DNA of 64,000 nucleotides, taken from sequence record NC_019405.1. One strand, 5' to 3'. Shown here piece by piece: positions 43,237-53,419 of this stretch. The notes under the pieces are model-generated. The model did not search any database. It had not been told where the DNA came from and saw nothing but the letters and a program-made list of their open reading frames with translations. A program made the position numbers and the translations under genes. Position 1 is the stretch's first letter, and the number at the start of each line of letters is the position of its first letter.

Positions 43237-45179
43237 GTGTCCATGACCTTTGCGATGTTGTCTTCCTTCTCCTTGGCGGCCTGGGCGATGCGCGCGTCGA
43301 GCGAGCCGTTGGCCACCAGGAAGAAGCACATGATTTTCTCGGCCGTCTGTCCGATCCGGCAGGCGCGGTCCTCGGCCTGCTCGATCAGGGTCGGCGTCCA
43401 GTCCCCCTCGGCGAACGCCACGTCGTGCGCCCGCGTCATGGTGAAGCCTACACCGGCGGCCTGGAGGTTACAAACGATGACCCGGCAGGACTCGTCGTCC
43501 TGGAACTTGTCGACCTGTAGCTGGCGCTTGTTGACGGGGGTCCCGCCATAGATCATCGCCGGATTGTAATCCGCCAGCGCCTCGGCCAGCGCCTTGACGA
43601 CGTCGGAGTGGTAGGCGAACAGGATCAGCTTGTCGCCGCCGTCGAGGAAGTTCTTGACCCAGGGGATGATCGCCGGGAGCTTGGCCATCCCCAGTTCGCG
43701 GCGGACGGCGGCGATCTCCTCGAACAGCACCGCCACGGCCGGCGGCGCGAGCCCCAGCACGGCGGCGGCGTAGTCGAGATTGAGCGCCCGCGAGTTGGGC
43801 TTGTCAGGATCACCGTCCTGTCCCACCGCCTTGTCGAAGCCGTAGCGCTGGGCCGTCTCCAGGATCGACAGACCCAGGCGGATGTCGCGCTGGTCCTCGG
43901 TCTCGTTCTCGCCGGCCAGCACCGTGGCCTCGTAGAGCTTCAGCGCCTGGGAAAGCTCGTCCTCGCGCGCCACGACCTCGCGGATTTCCGGGCTGTCGAG
44001 GAGGACGATCTGGCGGAACTTCGGCGGAAGCTCGGGCAGCACCTCGCGCTTGTTCCGCCGCACCATGAAGGTCGAGCGCAGCCGATAGCCCAGTTCCTCC
44101 AGGTTGGAGGCCCCGGTGAAATTATAGGCGCCGTGCTTGCCGCGCGTGTTGTCGAACCAGCCCTCGCAGTAGCGGTAGCCGAAGTCGTTGTAGCTCTTCC
44201 CCAGGCCATCGGGATCGAAGGCCTTGACGATCGACCACATCTCGATCGGGCGGTTCATCATCGGCGTGCCCGACAGGAACACGCGGCGCTTGGCGTCGAC
44301 CGGGTTGAACCAAATGTCGGCCAGCACCGGCTCGCGGTTCTCGGCCTCGGCCTTCTTGATCTCGGCGGCGTTGGCTTCCTTACGCTTCTTGCGCACCGCC
44401 GCCTTCGAGCGCGCATCCATCTGCTCGCCGCCGAGGATGAAGATCGTGCGCCCGCTGTCGGGGGTCTTGATCGCGTGACATTCGTCGCAGACCAGGAGGT
44501 CCCACGGCTGCTCGTGGATTTCCTTGGAGAAGCGCTCCAGGATGTCATAGTTGATGATCACGACATCGGTCTTAGGCCACCAGCGCGGGTGGACGACCTT
44601 CTTGAAACGCGGCTTGCCGTTCTTGTAGAAGCCGTCGCGCACGGTCTCGCGATAGCGCGTCTCGGCGATCCCGACGCTCAGGCCCTTGCTGCACCAGAGC
44701 AGCCATTCGCGCCGCCAGTTCTCCTTCAGCGAGGCGGGGACCACCACCAGCACGCGGCGGATTTTCTTGATCGCGTTGGAGACGCCGATCGCCTGGATCG
44801 TCTTGCCCAGCCCCGGCGGATCGGCGATCAGGGTGTCGCGCCGCCCCGGCAGGGTGGCGAAGTCGATCCCGGCGCGTTGGAAGGGCTTGAAGTCCCAGCC
44901 TTTGGCCTCGACCGCCTTGGAGATCGGCGGCCAGAAATCGCAGTCGGCCTTGTAGGAGAGCGCCCGGCTGATGTTGGCCAGATGCTCGCGGCGTCCCAGT
45001 TCGTCGAGCGCGTTGGTCTTCCAGACCACGCCGGGCACCGCTAGGGCGACAGCCGGGTTGTGGGTGATCAGCGCCCGGCGGGGCGGGCTCCAGGTGAAGC
45101 CGGCCTCCTGGAACCGCTTGCGGTCTTCCCATTCGGTGACGGCCCAGAAGTAGCCGTCGCGATAGTCGATAAAAGCCAT
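43233..45179 (-). CDS. SNF2-like (HARP/SMARCAL1-type) helicase
   Basis: DPPGLGKT, VVPASL, DECH, SGTPMMN, GVGFTMT and QAEDRACRIGQ motifs. Confidence 0.92.
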   Translation of the reverse strand: MAFIDYRDGYFWAVTEWEDRKRFQEAGFTWSPPRRALITHNPAVALAVPGVVWKTNALDELGRREHLANISRALSYKADCDFWPPISKAVEAKGWDFKPFQRAGIDFATLPGRRDTLIADPPGLGKTIQAIGVSNAIKKIRRVLVVVPASLKENWRREWLLWCSKGLSVGIAETRYRETVRDGFYKNGKPRFKKVVHPRWWPKTDVVIINYDILERFSKEIHEQPWDLLVCDECHAIKTPDSGRTIFILGGEQMDARSKAAVRKKRKEANAAEIKKAEAENREPVLADIWFNPVDAKRRVFLSGTPMMNRPIEMWSIVKAFDPDGLGKSYNDFGYRYCEGWFDNTRGKHGAYNFTGASNLEELGYRLRSTFMVRRNKREVLPELPPKFRQIVLLDSPEIREVVAREDELSQALKLYEATVLAGENETEDQRDIRLGLSILETAQRYGFDKAVGQDGDPDKPNSRALNLDYAAAVLGLAPPAVAVLFEEIAAVRRELGMAKLPAIIPWVKNFLDGGDKLILFAYHSDVVKALAEALADYNPAMIYGGTPVNKRQLQVDKFQDDESCRVIVCNLQAAGVGFTMTRAHDVAFAEGDWTPTLIEQAEDRACRIGQTAEKIMCFFLVANGSLDARIAQAAKEKEDNIAKVMDT

Positions 45180-45230
45180 GGGCGCCGCACGTGGTTAACG
45201 CGCGGACTGTCGCCCATCATGACACTAGAT

Positions 45231-45245
45231 GTCAAGATTCATGAC
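45231..45245 (-). promoter_or_regulatory. Repeated motif GTCATGAATCTTGAC between divergent genes
   Basis: Exact R=A variant, immediately followed on the + strand by a second TTGACC. Confidence 0.68.
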
Positions 45246-45317
45246 TTGACCCAAGGCGTTAACCATGTCACGTTCGCCGCACGGCCGAGAGATCGGCCGG
45301 TCACAAGGAGAACTATC

Positions 45318-45617
45318 ATGACCCTGATCGTCAAGATCATGTCGGGCGAGGACCTGCCCGACACCGCGCCCGAAAAGCGCTTCACCCTCCACGCCGGCGT
45401 CAAATCCTTCCATCCGGTGGTCCAGCCCCCGGAGGCTCCCGGCGGCCACCCCTATTGCTATGTCCGGCTCTACATCGCCGACCCGGTCAAGACCGCCGCC
45501 GTGCCCGGCTTCGTCGAGCATGAGGTCACGGTCGAGGCGCCGGGCAACGTCTACGTGATGAACGAGGCCGGCAAGACCATCGCCACCTGGACCCCGCCCT
45601 GCGGCAAGCCGAACTAG
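45318..45617 (+). CDS. Hypothetical protein (99 aa)
   Basis: AAGGAG RBS before the ATG; isolated + strand gene. Confidence 0.7.
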   Translation: MTLIVKIMSGEDLPDTAPEKRFTLHAGVKSFHPVVQPPEAPGGHPYCYVRLYIADPVKTAAVPGFVEHEVTVEAPGNVYVMNEAGKTIATWTPPCGKPN

Positions 45618-45853
45618 GCCTCGGTCGCTTCCGAACCCGGCGCGTCGTTCCAGGCCGCCGGGTTCTTCTGCCAGCCCATCCGCTCCAGCACGGCTTGGCA
45701 ATTCAGAGGCGCGCTGCCGTCCTTAGGCTCGTCCCCCAGGACCAGGAAAACAAACCGCCGCCCCTTGGGAGCCCGGTAACGCAAGCGCAGGTCCCCGTCC
45801 TCCGAGACGATCTCGCAGGACGTCATATTGACGACTTCACCAGCACGCATCAC
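45614..45853 (-). CDS. Hypothetical protein (79 aa)
   Basis: Overlaps the stop of the upstream co-oriented gene. Confidence 0.5.
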   Translation of the reverse strand: MMRAGEVVNMTSCEIVSEDGDLRLRYRAPKGRRFVFLVLGDEPKDGSAPLNCQAVLERMGWQKNPAAWNDAPGSEATEA

Positions 45854-46422
45854 GCGGCTTCCTTGATTTCCCGAGCCCGCTCGGTCCAGATCATCAGGTC
45901 ATAGTCGGCCGGGCTCATCCCGGCGCGATCGGCCAGCGCCAGGAAGGCCTCCTCCAGCCGCCGATAGACCTTGGCGTTGCCCGGCGTGGCCTTGGGGACC
46001 TCGACCCCGTGTTCGGCCAGATGCGCCAGGATGTGGGTGTCGAGCGCCGCCAGCCGCTGGTTGGGGCGCGAGTGCATCAGGAACATTCGGGCCGTCTTCG
46101 GTCCGACGCCGTGGATCGTCTCGAACTTCTCGACCGGGTCGGCGCGCAGGTCCAGGCCCCAGACGCTCTGGGTGAAGCAGGCCTCCAGGCGCCCGTACTG
46201 ACCGATGCCGAACATCTCCATGTAGCGCCGCAGCTTGTCCTCGTGGATCGCGCACCGCAGCTTGTCGAACGGCGAGCCGCCGGTCATGGCGTAGAGCATG
46301 CGGTCAAGCTTGGCGGCCTGGACGTCGGCGGTCTTGCCCGCGACGATGCAGGAAAACAGCCACCACTCCTCCAACTCGGCGTCGGTGCGGTCGAACTTGG
46401 TGACGTTGCGCGGATCGATCAT
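45850..46422 (-). CDS. HhH-GPD superfamily DNA glycosylase-like protein
   Basis: Helix-hairpin-helix IHGVGPKTARMFL followed by LDTHI with the catalytic Asp, and C-terminal YDLMIW. Confidence 0.75.
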   Translation of the reverse strand: MIDPRNVTKFDRTDAELEEWWLFSCIVAGKTADVQAAKLDRMLYAMTGGSPFDKLRCAIHEDKLRRYMEMFGIGQYGRLEACFTQSVWGLDLRADPVEKFETIHGVGPKTARMFLMHSRPNQRLAALDTHILAHLAEHGVEVPKATPGNAKVYRRLEEAFLALADRAGMSPADYDLMIWTERAREIKEAA

Positions 46423-46901
46423 CAGGGGGCCTTTGCGGCGGTGGTGGTCTTGTACTTCTTGGCGTGGCGCAGCCCCTTCCACGAGGCCTTGTAGCCGTCG
46501 AGGTTGCGCCAGCCGCCACAACAGGGCGCGCCGCAGGAACAGCGCATGTAGGCCTTCTCGGCGTGCCCGCGATTGACCAGGACCTTCATCGCCGAGGCGG
46601 TGTATTCGTCCGGCGTGGGAAAGACCTTCTCGGGCTCGGCCGCCATCTCGATCAGCAGCCGCTTGGGGCCGTCGTTTTGGCACCTGCGGCAGTAGGCGAC
46701 CTCGTCATAGGCCAGGGCCTCGGCCTCTAGCTCGGCCTGGGCCTTGACCTCCTCGACGAGTTCCTCGTAGGTCTGCGCCCCGCTCAGGTAGCGCGAGACC
46801 TCGTGGGTCCTCGGAATCGCCTTGGCGCAGTCCCGGCAGTGGACGGTGTACTGCGCCGTCCAGGCGGCGCGCTCGATATCGTCGAGATCGTAGGCTGTCA
46901 C
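46422..46901 (-). CDS. Hypothetical Zn-finger-like protein
   Basis: CRDC, CRRC and CSC...CC motifs; GTG start overlapping the upstream stop. Confidence 0.55.
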   Translation of the reverse strand: MTAYDLDDIERAAWTAQYTVHCRDCAKAIPRTHEVSRYLSGAQTYEELVEEVKAQAELEAEALAYDEVAYCRRCQNDGPKRLLIEMAAEPEKVFPTPDEYTASAMKVLVNRGHAEKAYMRCSCGAPCCGGWRNLDGYKASWKGLRHAKKYKTTTAAKAP

Positions 46902-47347
46902 AGGTGCGGAGCCAGTTCGCGGTCCATGCGGTCGAGTTCGCCACGCTTGTGGAGTTCGGCGACCCGGTGCAGGGCGATCAGTTTCTGCTCGATATAGGTC
47001 ATGGTCGCGGGCGAACGGGTCGGGAGTTCCGACAGGCCCGTACCGATGCCGTCCGAGGGCCAGACCACGATGCCGCCTTTCTTGACGTGGGCGAAGAGCC
47101 GGCGGAAGTCCTCGTCGATCGTCCGGCACTGGGCGTCGACCGCCACCGGATCGTCGCCGAAGAAGTCGGTGTCGTGCATGCCCGGCGTGCGCTTGGTCGC
47201 CACGCCCACGGCGTTGGGCTCGCCACGCATGTGGCCGGCCTGTCCGCCCATGCCCTTGCGGATCATGTTGTCCCCGAAGACGTAGAGCACGTCGGAATTG
47301 CGGCGCAGGTCTTCGCGGAAGATGCGGTGCTGATAGATGAGGGGCAT
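46898..47347 (-). CDS. Conserved-looking phage protein (YVFGDN...GGQA...RGEPNA.GVATK)
   Basis: Motif pattern I associate with many phage proteins; function not established. Confidence 0.6.
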   Translation of the reverse strand: MPLIYQHRIFREDLRRNSDVLYVFGDNMIRKGMGGQAGHMRGEPNAVGVATKRTPGMHDTDFFGDDPVAVDAQCRTIDEDFRRLFAHVKKGGIVVWPSDGIGTGLSELPTRSPATMTYIEQKLIALHRVAELHKRGELDRMDRELAPHL

Positions 47348-47405
47348 CGAAGCGATCCTTGAAAAGGCGGGGGCTGGCGAACCGGCCCCCTGGAGGTGGG
47401 GACTG

Positions 47406-49034
47406 TTAGGCGCTATGCGCCGCGACATAGGCCTTGGCGTAGGCCTCGCGGTAGGCGGCCTCGTGGACCACGCCCGCTTCGTCGGTGAGGTCCTCGAACG
47501 CCTCGTAGTGGACGCCATTGGAGGCGTCCAGGTCGAAAACGCCGTCGAGCCGGGCCTGCTGGGCGTCGGCGCGGCCGTCGATGTCGCCCACGAGCTTGGC
47601 CCAGGCCGCGTATTGCGCCTCGACCACCGCGTCGAAGGCGGCGATGTAGGCGTTGCTCATCGCCGCCTCGCTGTCGAGCGGCGATTCGGTGACGTCGTTG
47701 TAGCGCTCGCCCTCGAAGCCGTCGAGGATATCGACGATCGCGTCGGCCAACGCGTCCTCGTCGGTTTCGGCCATCGCCTCGGCGATCGCCTTATGGGCGT
47801 CCTGCTCGCCCCAGGTCCGAGCGATGCTCTCGCCCAGGACCGCGTCCTCGGTCGGGAAGCCGTTCTCGTCGAGCACCGGATCGGTGCTTTCGGCCGTTTC
47901 TTCGTCCTCGGCTTCGGGGCCGGGGTCGGTTTGCTCGGCGTCAGCCTTGCCGGCGGCGAAGGCCTCGCCATAGCCGCGCACATAGCCCTCCGAGTAGGCT
48001 TGCCGGGCCGAATCGGGGCCGTCGCTGAGTTCGCCCGGCATGTCGAAAGACGCGTCATACTCCCAGCCGTTCTCGGCGTCGGCGGCCCCGGCCTTGCGAC
48101 CAGCTTCTTCGCCGGCCTTATCCCAGTTGGTCTCGACGTCGTCGAACGACACCGACACCTCGGCGGTGGTCGCGGCTTCCGGCGCCGAGGCCGTCACGGT
48201 CACGCCGTCGGCGGCGGTGGCGTCGGTGGCGTCTTCCGGGTCCTCGACCGGCGCGGCGGCCTTCTCGTCGGCGAAGCGGCGCTCGACGGCGGCCGAGAAG
48301 TAGTTCTTGGCGTCGGCCTCGGGGATTTCAGCCAGCACTTCCATCTTGCAGCAGCGCAGCTTGGCTTGGTTGTAGTCGGTCGGGATCGCCGTCACGTCGC
48401 TCGGATTGATCTCGACGATGATGATCTTGCCAACGCCGTTGTGGAACTGGAGCAGGTAGTCGAACGAGCAGGCGTGCAGGCCACGCGAGCAGAGTGCATT
48501 GCGGTTGGGGTCGCACTTGTCGCGGTCCATCTCGACCGTCGAGCCGATCTTGTATTCGACCGTGCCCGAGTGGTGGTCGAAGAAGTCGGCGCGCACGCGC
48601 TTGAAGGCGTGGAAGTTGCCGTCCGGGGTCAGGGGCAGGCGACCCTTCTCCAGGAAGGCGTAGAGGTCCGCCGCGATCGACTTGTCGGGGTTGAGGTGAA
48701 CCTTCTCGATGAACTTGGTCAGCGGCTCGATGTCGAAGCCTTCCGACAGCACGCGCTTGAAAGTGCCGGCCGCCACGTAGTCGATCACGTGGCCGTCCAG
48801 GCGCAGCCGGTCGCGGTCGTCGAGGATGACGCGCCCGAACGACTGGGCCGCGACATAGGCGGCGACGTCGGCGATCAGGCGGATTTCGTCGATGTCCTGC
48901 GGCACCTTGCGCAGGGCTTCCTCCAGCTTCTTGGCCTGGGCCGAGGCGCGGGGGAACACGCGGTAGCGACCATCGAGCGTGATCGAGATCACGTCGTTGG
49001 TGATCGTCGACGCGATCTTCTTGGGGGTGGTCAT
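47406..49034 (-). CDS. rIIB: rIIB-like protein with an acidic C-terminal extension
   Basis: DLYAFLE...LTPDGNFHAFKRV, CSRGLHAC and KLRCCKMEV motifs; follows rIIA. Confidence 0.85.
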   Translation of the reverse strand: MTTPKKIASTITNDVISITLDGRYRVFPRASAQAKKLEEALRKVPQDIDEIRLIADVAAYVAAQSFGRVILDDRDRLRLDGHVIDYVAAGTFKRVLSEGFDIEPLTKFIEKVHLNPDKSIAADLYAFLEKGRLPLTPDGNFHAFKRVRADFFDHHSGTVEYKIGSTVEMDRDKCDPNRNALCSRGLHACSFDYLLQFHNGVGKIIIVEINPSDVTAIPTDYNQAKLRCCKMEVLAEIPEADAKNYFSAAVERRFADEKAAAPVEDPEDATDATAADGVTVTASAPEAATTAEVSVSFDDVETNWDKAGEEAGRKAGAADAENGWEYDASFDMPGELSDGPDSARQAYSEGYVRGYGEAFAAGKADAEQTDPGPEAEDEETAESTDPVLDENGFPTEDAVLGESIARTWGEQDAHKAIAEAMAETDEDALADAIVDILDGFEGERYNDVTESPLDSEAAMSNAYIAAFDAVVEAQYAAWAKLVGDIDGRADAQQARLDGVFDLDASNGVHYEAFEDLTDEAGVVHEAAYREAYAKAYVAAHSA

Positions 49035-49055
49035 GGTCGTCTCCTTGAGACCGGC

Positions 49056-51179
49056 TTAGCTGAACGCCAGGGTGAGCGGGATGGCCTTGATCAGGCCGGG
49101 CAGGGCCTTGATGCAGGCGGTGATCTGCGCCTCGGTCGAGGCGTGGTTCATCATGTCCAGGTACTTCCGGACCGGATGGTTGTAGTGCTTGTAAACCTTC
49201 TGGTGGCCCTCTTCGATGATCTGGATCGTCTTGCTCTTGGGCGGGGCCTTGTAGGAGCCGTTCTCCTCATAGAGCGACTTGAGGTAGGAGCGCTCGCGCT
49301 CGGTCCACTCGGCGATGTTCGCCGCCAGGAACGGCTTGAGCGCCACGAAGAAGGCCGCCAGCGGCGAGGAGGTCATGCGGCCCAGGGCGTCGTATTCCGC
49401 CGGGCAGTGCTTGACCGCGCGGGTGAAGAACCCGAAGGCCGTCGACGAGGAGGAGAACTTCCCCAGCAGATTGACGCACTCGTCGAGCGTGATCTTGTGC
49501 TTGGCTTGCAGGGCCGCGTCCACGGCCGCGCGCAGCGACGGGATGTTGGCCTCCTCGACGTGCTTCTGGGCGGTCGGCGAGGCGATGTAGATGTGCTTGA
49601 TCCCGAACTTGTTGGCCACCACGAAGGTGTCCTCGGGCTTCTTGCGGTACTGGTCCGACGTCACCCAGGCCACGCCGCCGTCGAGATCGGTCTCGACCTC
49701 GACCACCGCCCGCTGCTCGCCCGCCCGCTTGGCCAGGGCCAGACCCCGGATCGGCGGGGTGTAGACCGCCTGCGGCTTCTTGCCCTCGACCCGGCGCGGC
49801 ACCACGCCGCGCAGGTCATCGATGTCGACCTCAACGAACTTGGCCTTCGGCAGGGCGCATTGCCAGAACTTGGCGGGCTTGTCGAACGCCAGCAGGAAGT
49901 CGCCGGACTTCACCTTCAGCTTCTCCTCCAGGTAGAGGCGGAAGAGCCGGGCCAGACGGCGGGTCTCGCTCTGGCTGAACTCGCTCTGCGTCGAGGCGTC
50001 GCGCGAGGGGTCCATCAGGTCGGAGACGTCGCGGATCACGTAGAAGGTTCGCTCGGCGTCATTGTCGAGCGACAGGGTCTTCTCGATGCGGTAGCCCCAG
50101 CGCTCGCGGTACTGGTCGAACGTGGCCTTGTAGATGCACGACACGCCCGAGAAGGAGATGCTGGAGGTGGTCAGGCCCGTCGCCGGATGGGTCACCGACT
50201 TATTGAGGAACTGAGGCTTGAGCTTGTTGTAGGTCTTGAAGAACTCGACCACCGGCTCGATGTCCTTGACCTTGTCCCAGATCACCATCTCGACCTCGGT
50301 GGTGATCTCGCCGATCTTCTTGATCAGGGCCTCGACCGCGTCGGGCTTGTACTGAATCTCTTCCCGCGACGGGATCGGCTCCACCGTGCCGATCGGCACC
50401 GTGATCAGCCATTTGCGGCCCATGTCGTGCGGCAGCGTCAGCCCACCCTTGTTGGCCAGCGGATAGATCACGCAGCCCTGGCGCACGTTCCAGGTCGAGG
50501 GCAGCGACGAATTCTCATAGGCCGCCCAGGTGCCGTCGGTGGCCTCGAACTGCGGGGTCCCCAGGCCCTGTCCCAGGTCAATGTTGGTGTCGAACATCGG
50601 CGAGTAGCCGAGCGCGACGTTGCGGATCGCCTTCTCGAAGGCGGGGAAGTCCTTGGCCGCCACGCCGACCGTGACGCGCACCCCGACCGGCTCGGCGCAC
50701 TCCTCGGTGCCCTGGAGCATGATCCGGGGCCGCCCGCCCTCGCCGATCGCGGCGGTATAATGACGCACCACGTCGCCGTCATAGCAGGACACCGAGAACT
50801 GGCTGGTGTAGGCGAACGGGCTCTTGGAGCCCAGGCCGAAGGCGCCGACCAGATCGTCGGTCTGGTCCTTGTCCGACTCGAACAGCGTCGAGTAGAGAAA
50901 CATCACCTTCTCGTGGTTCATGCCAACGCCGTAGTCGCGGACGTAGAATTCCGGACGCAGTTCGTTCGGAGCGTGGACGAAGAAGGTGCCCTTGTAGCCC
51001 GAAACCAGTTGGGAGTCGTAGGCGTTGGTGGTGACTTCGCGCACCATCGAGCCGATCTTGTCCGAATAGAGGCCGTCGATCAGCATCCGGAAGGCCTTGC
51101 CGGAGGCCTTGATCGTGAACTCCTGCTCCTCCTCGACCCCGATGGTTTCAAGGATGACGGGCTCGGCTCCAAGACGCAT
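49056..51179 (-). CDS. rIIA: rIIA-like protein (N-terminal GHKL/HATPase domain)
   Basis: LYSDKIGSMVREVTTNAYD, VRDYGVGM, STLFESDK and GAFGLGSKSPFAY motifs. Confidence 0.87.
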   Translation of the reverse strand: MRLGAEPVILETIGVEEEQEFTIKASGKAFRMLIDGLYSDKIGSMVREVTTNAYDSQLVSGYKGTFFVHAPNELRPEFYVRDYGVGMNHEKVMFLYSTLFESDKDQTDDLVGAFGLGSKSPFAYTSQFSVSCYDGDVVRHYTAAIGEGGRPRIMLQGTEECAEPVGVRVTVGVAAKDFPAFEKAIRNVALGYSPMFDTNIDLGQGLGTPQFEATDGTWAAYENSSLPSTWNVRQGCVIYPLANKGGLTLPHDMGRKWLITVPIGTVEPIPSREEIQYKPDAVEALIKKIGEITTEVEMVIWDKVKDIEPVVEFFKTYNKLKPQFLNKSVTHPATGLTTSSISFSGVSCIYKATFDQYRERWGYRIEKTLSLDNDAERTFYVIRDVSDLMDPSRDASTQSEFSQSETRRLARLFRLYLEEKLKVKSGDFLLAFDKPAKFWQCALPKAKFVEVDIDDLRGVVPRRVEGKKPQAVYTPPIRGLALAKRAGEQRAVVEVETDLDGGVAWVTSDQYRKKPEDTFVVANKFGIKHIYIASPTAQKHVEEANIPSLRAAVDAALQAKHKITLDECVNLLGKFSSSSTAFGFFTRAVKHCPAEYDALGRMTSSPLAAFFVALKPFLAANIAEWTERERSYLKSLYEENGSYKAPPKSKTIQIIEEGHQKVYKHYNHPVRKYLDMMNHASTEAQITACIKALPGLIKAIPLTLAFS

Positions 51180-51272
51180 GGCAAACTCCGAAAGGCAGGC
51201 TTGAGTGAATGTGTTGCCGATCCTTCTAGCGAGGCGTTCTGGCTCTGTCAACACACTCCAGCCTGCCGGGAT

Positions 51273-51311
51273 GTCGTGAATCTTGACGTTCCGCGACGCC
51301 TGAGGCATGCT
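51273..51311 (+). promoter_or_regulatory. Promoter with the repeated motif (GTCGTGAATC-TTGACG, 17 bp spacer, CATGCT)
   Basis: Exact motif in the divergent region between rIIA and the + strand genes. Confidence 0.7.
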
Positions 51312-51558
51312 CGTATTCATGCGGAACATCACGGCTGAAGCGACGGGCAAGACCCGCACTTGCACGTCCGAGGATTATCCCTGGCCCCCGCGCGGGTCCG
51401 AGGGATGCGATTGCATGGAAAAGTCCAGCAACCCCAAGCGTGACTTCATGCTGATCGCCGACCGCACCGGTGTAATCGTATGGTACGCGAGGATGACATG
51501 CCCGATTCACGGCCCGAAGATCAAGACGTCGGACGTCGCAACCGAATCCACGACCTGA
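51307..51558 (+). CDS. Small hypothetical Cys-containing protein
   Basis: 83-aa ORF; the true start is probably the downstream ATG at 51320. Confidence 0.45.
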   Translation: MLVFMRNITAEATGKTRTCTSEDYPWPPRGSEGCDCMEKSSNPKRDFMLIADRTGVIVWYARMTCPIHGPKIKTSDVATESTT

Positions 51559-51905
51559 TCGTCGGCGACCCTCGGGAGGACGCCCGCTACGCCCGCAAGC
51601 TCAGTAACCGCGACAAGACGATGTTCGTCTGCGGGGTCCTCAACCATCCCGCCTCGGCCTTTGATCTCGATCTCCCGTTCCCGATCGAGGACTGGATCGC
51701 CTCGGACGACAACTCCCTGGTCTGCGCCGGGCTCTACCTGACCGATCTGCGCCTCCAGTTCTACGAGGCCCTGGCGCCGGCCCAGGACGACGAGCAGGCC
51801 TTCGTCCGCCAGGGCGAGGCCGAGTTCTGGTATCACCGCTTCAACGTCATGATCGAGCGGCGCGCCCACGGCGTGCTGGTCACCGACGGGCGCGTCCTCC
51901 ATTGA
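51498..51905 (+). CDS. Hypothetical protein (~135 aa)
   Basis: GAGGA RBS, phage codon usage. Confidence 0.6.
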   Translation: MPDSRPEDQDVGRRNRIHDLIVGDPREDARYARKLSNRDKTMFVCGVLNHPASAFDLDLPFPIEDWIASDDNSLVCAGLYLTDLRLQFYEALAPAQDDEQAFVRQGEAEFWYHRFNVMIERRAHGVLVTDGRVLH

Positions 51906-52276
51906 GCAGCGATCTGCCTCTCTACGATGGCGCGCTGACGGGCAAGCTTGTCGGCCGCTTCGTGCGCGCCGGGCAGGCGTTCGACGTCGTGCGTCCCGGC
52001 TTCGACGCCCAGGGGATCAAGCGCCAGACCTGGACCCAGATCGTGCATGGCGGCGTTCCCGTCTTCGAGGTCAAGGTCCGCACCGATCTCGACAACGTGA
52101 TCGACCGCTTCGACGAACTGTGGGAGCGTCATATCGGCGAGGACGAGGACCTGCTCGCCCGCGCCTTGGCCTCGGTCAAGAAGGAGCGGACCGCCAAGTT
52201 CCGGGATGGCAAGTCGGGGGTCACGCCGGCCCCGACCGTCCATGACGTCCGCATCCCCACCGCCTATAGCGGTTGA
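51902..52276 (+). CDS. Hypothetical protein (124 aa)
   Basis: TTG start overlapping the upstream TGA. Confidence 0.6.
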   Translation: MSSDLPLYDGALTGKLVGRFVRAGQAFDVVRPGFDAQGIKRQTWTQIVHGGVPVFEVKVRTDLDNVIDRFDELWERHIGEDEDLLARALASVKKERTAKFRDGKSGVTPAPTVHDVRIPTAYSG

Positions 52277-52355
52277 CATTTTGTTGGCGTTCGAGGGTTG
52301 ACAGCCCGGATTTCATGACTTAGATGCCTCCTCGACGACAACGAAGGAGGCTCTC

Positions 52356-52982
52356 ATGCCCAAGCGGATCAAAGGCAAGCGCATCGCCCTGCACCGGGCC
52401 AAGGTGCTCGACGCCGACGAGTTCAACAACCTGATCGAGGGCGTGTCCCGTCGCGAGCACGGTCTGCGTGACCGCGTGCTCTTCAAGCTCTCCTTCTATT
52501 GCGGCCTGCGCGTCGCCGAGATCGCCGGCCTGGAATGGCGCAAGCACCTGTTGGACGCCAGCGGTCGTCTGCGCCCCGCCATCCACGTCACCCACGACAT
52601 CGGCAAAAACTCGGTCGAGCGCTTCATCCCGATTGAAGCCTCACTGGCCGAGGACCTGCGCGCCCTGCGCAAGACCTGCCGCGACAACCGCTTCGTCATC
52701 TACCCCCTGCGCGTGACCATGCGGGGCGGCCCGGAGAAGACCGACGCCAACACCCTGGCGCAATACATGCGCCGGACGTTCCTGGAGTTCGGCCTGGACG
52801 GCGCTTCGTCGCACTCGGGCCGTCGCACCTTCATCACCGACCTCGCGCGGAAAGCGAACCTCGTGGGTTGCTCGCTCCGAGACATCCAGGGCATGGTGGG
52901 TCACAAGCGGATCGAGACCACCGGCAGCTATATCGAGACCAGCCGGCAGCAGGACCAACTCGTCGCCCTGGTCCTGCGATAG
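52356..52982 (+). CDS. Tyrosine recombinase, catalytic domain only (208 aa)
   Basis: GLRVAEI (Arg), SSHSGRRTF (HxxR), VGH and TGSY (Tyr); GAAGGAGG RBS. Confidence 0.9.
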   Translation: MPKRIKGKRIALHRAKVLDADEFNNLIEGVSRREHGLRDRVLFKLSFYCGLRVAEIAGLEWRKHLLDASGRLRPAIHVTHDIGKNSVERFIPIEASLAEDLRALRKTCRDNRFVIYPLRVTMRGGPEKTDANTLAQYMRRTFLEFGLDGASSHSGRRTFITDLARKANLVGCSLRDIQGMVGHKRIETTGSYIETSRQQDQLVALVLR

Positions 52983-52991
52983 GAGGGCGCG

Positions 52992-53405
52992 ATGACCTAT
53001 GTCTGCACCACCGAGACCGACGAGATCATCAACGCCCAGCCCGTCGATCTGGACGCGGCCGAGGCCCTGCTGCGTCCGCGTCCGAACTTCGCCAAGGCCA
53101 GGGGCGTCTGCCGCGAGTGCGGCGCGCCCAAGAACGAACGGCGCCTGGGTGCGGACTTCTGCTCGACCCGCTGCCGCTCGGACTTCCACAACCGGGCCAA
53201 GATCGAGGGCGCGTCGCTGATCCACATCGTCAAGCGCTGGCGGCGCTATCGTCGCCCTGGCGACTTCGCCTTGATGACCAAGATGGCGGATGACCTGATC
53301 CGCGCCGACAAGCTCGCCAACCGCAACTTCTATCCCGACCCGCCGGCCACGGCTCACGCCAAGGTCGTCGCCACCAACATCGCCGGGCGCCGCAAGGCCC
53401 GTTAG
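52992..53405 (+). CDS. Hypothetical Zn-finger protein
   Basis: CRECG...FCSTRCR motif; AGGAGG RBS. Confidence 0.7.
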   Translation: MTYVCTTETDEIINAQPVDLDAAEALLRPRPNFAKARGVCRECGAPKNERRLGADFCSTRCRSDFHNRAKIEGASLIHIVKRWRRYRRPGDFALMTKMADDLIRADKLANRNFYPDPPATAHAKVVATNIAGRRKAR

Positions 53406-53419
53406 TCCAGGAGTACAGT

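Noticed and set aside
47337-51338. 1333-aa + strand ORF, and similar long ORFs at 4189-5934, 8534-10276, 11245-13428, 22571-24871, 32703-34958 and 53643-56171
   Set aside because: Antisense shadows of well-supported genes; high-GC3 codon bias keeps the opposite strand open, and they have no recognisable motifs.
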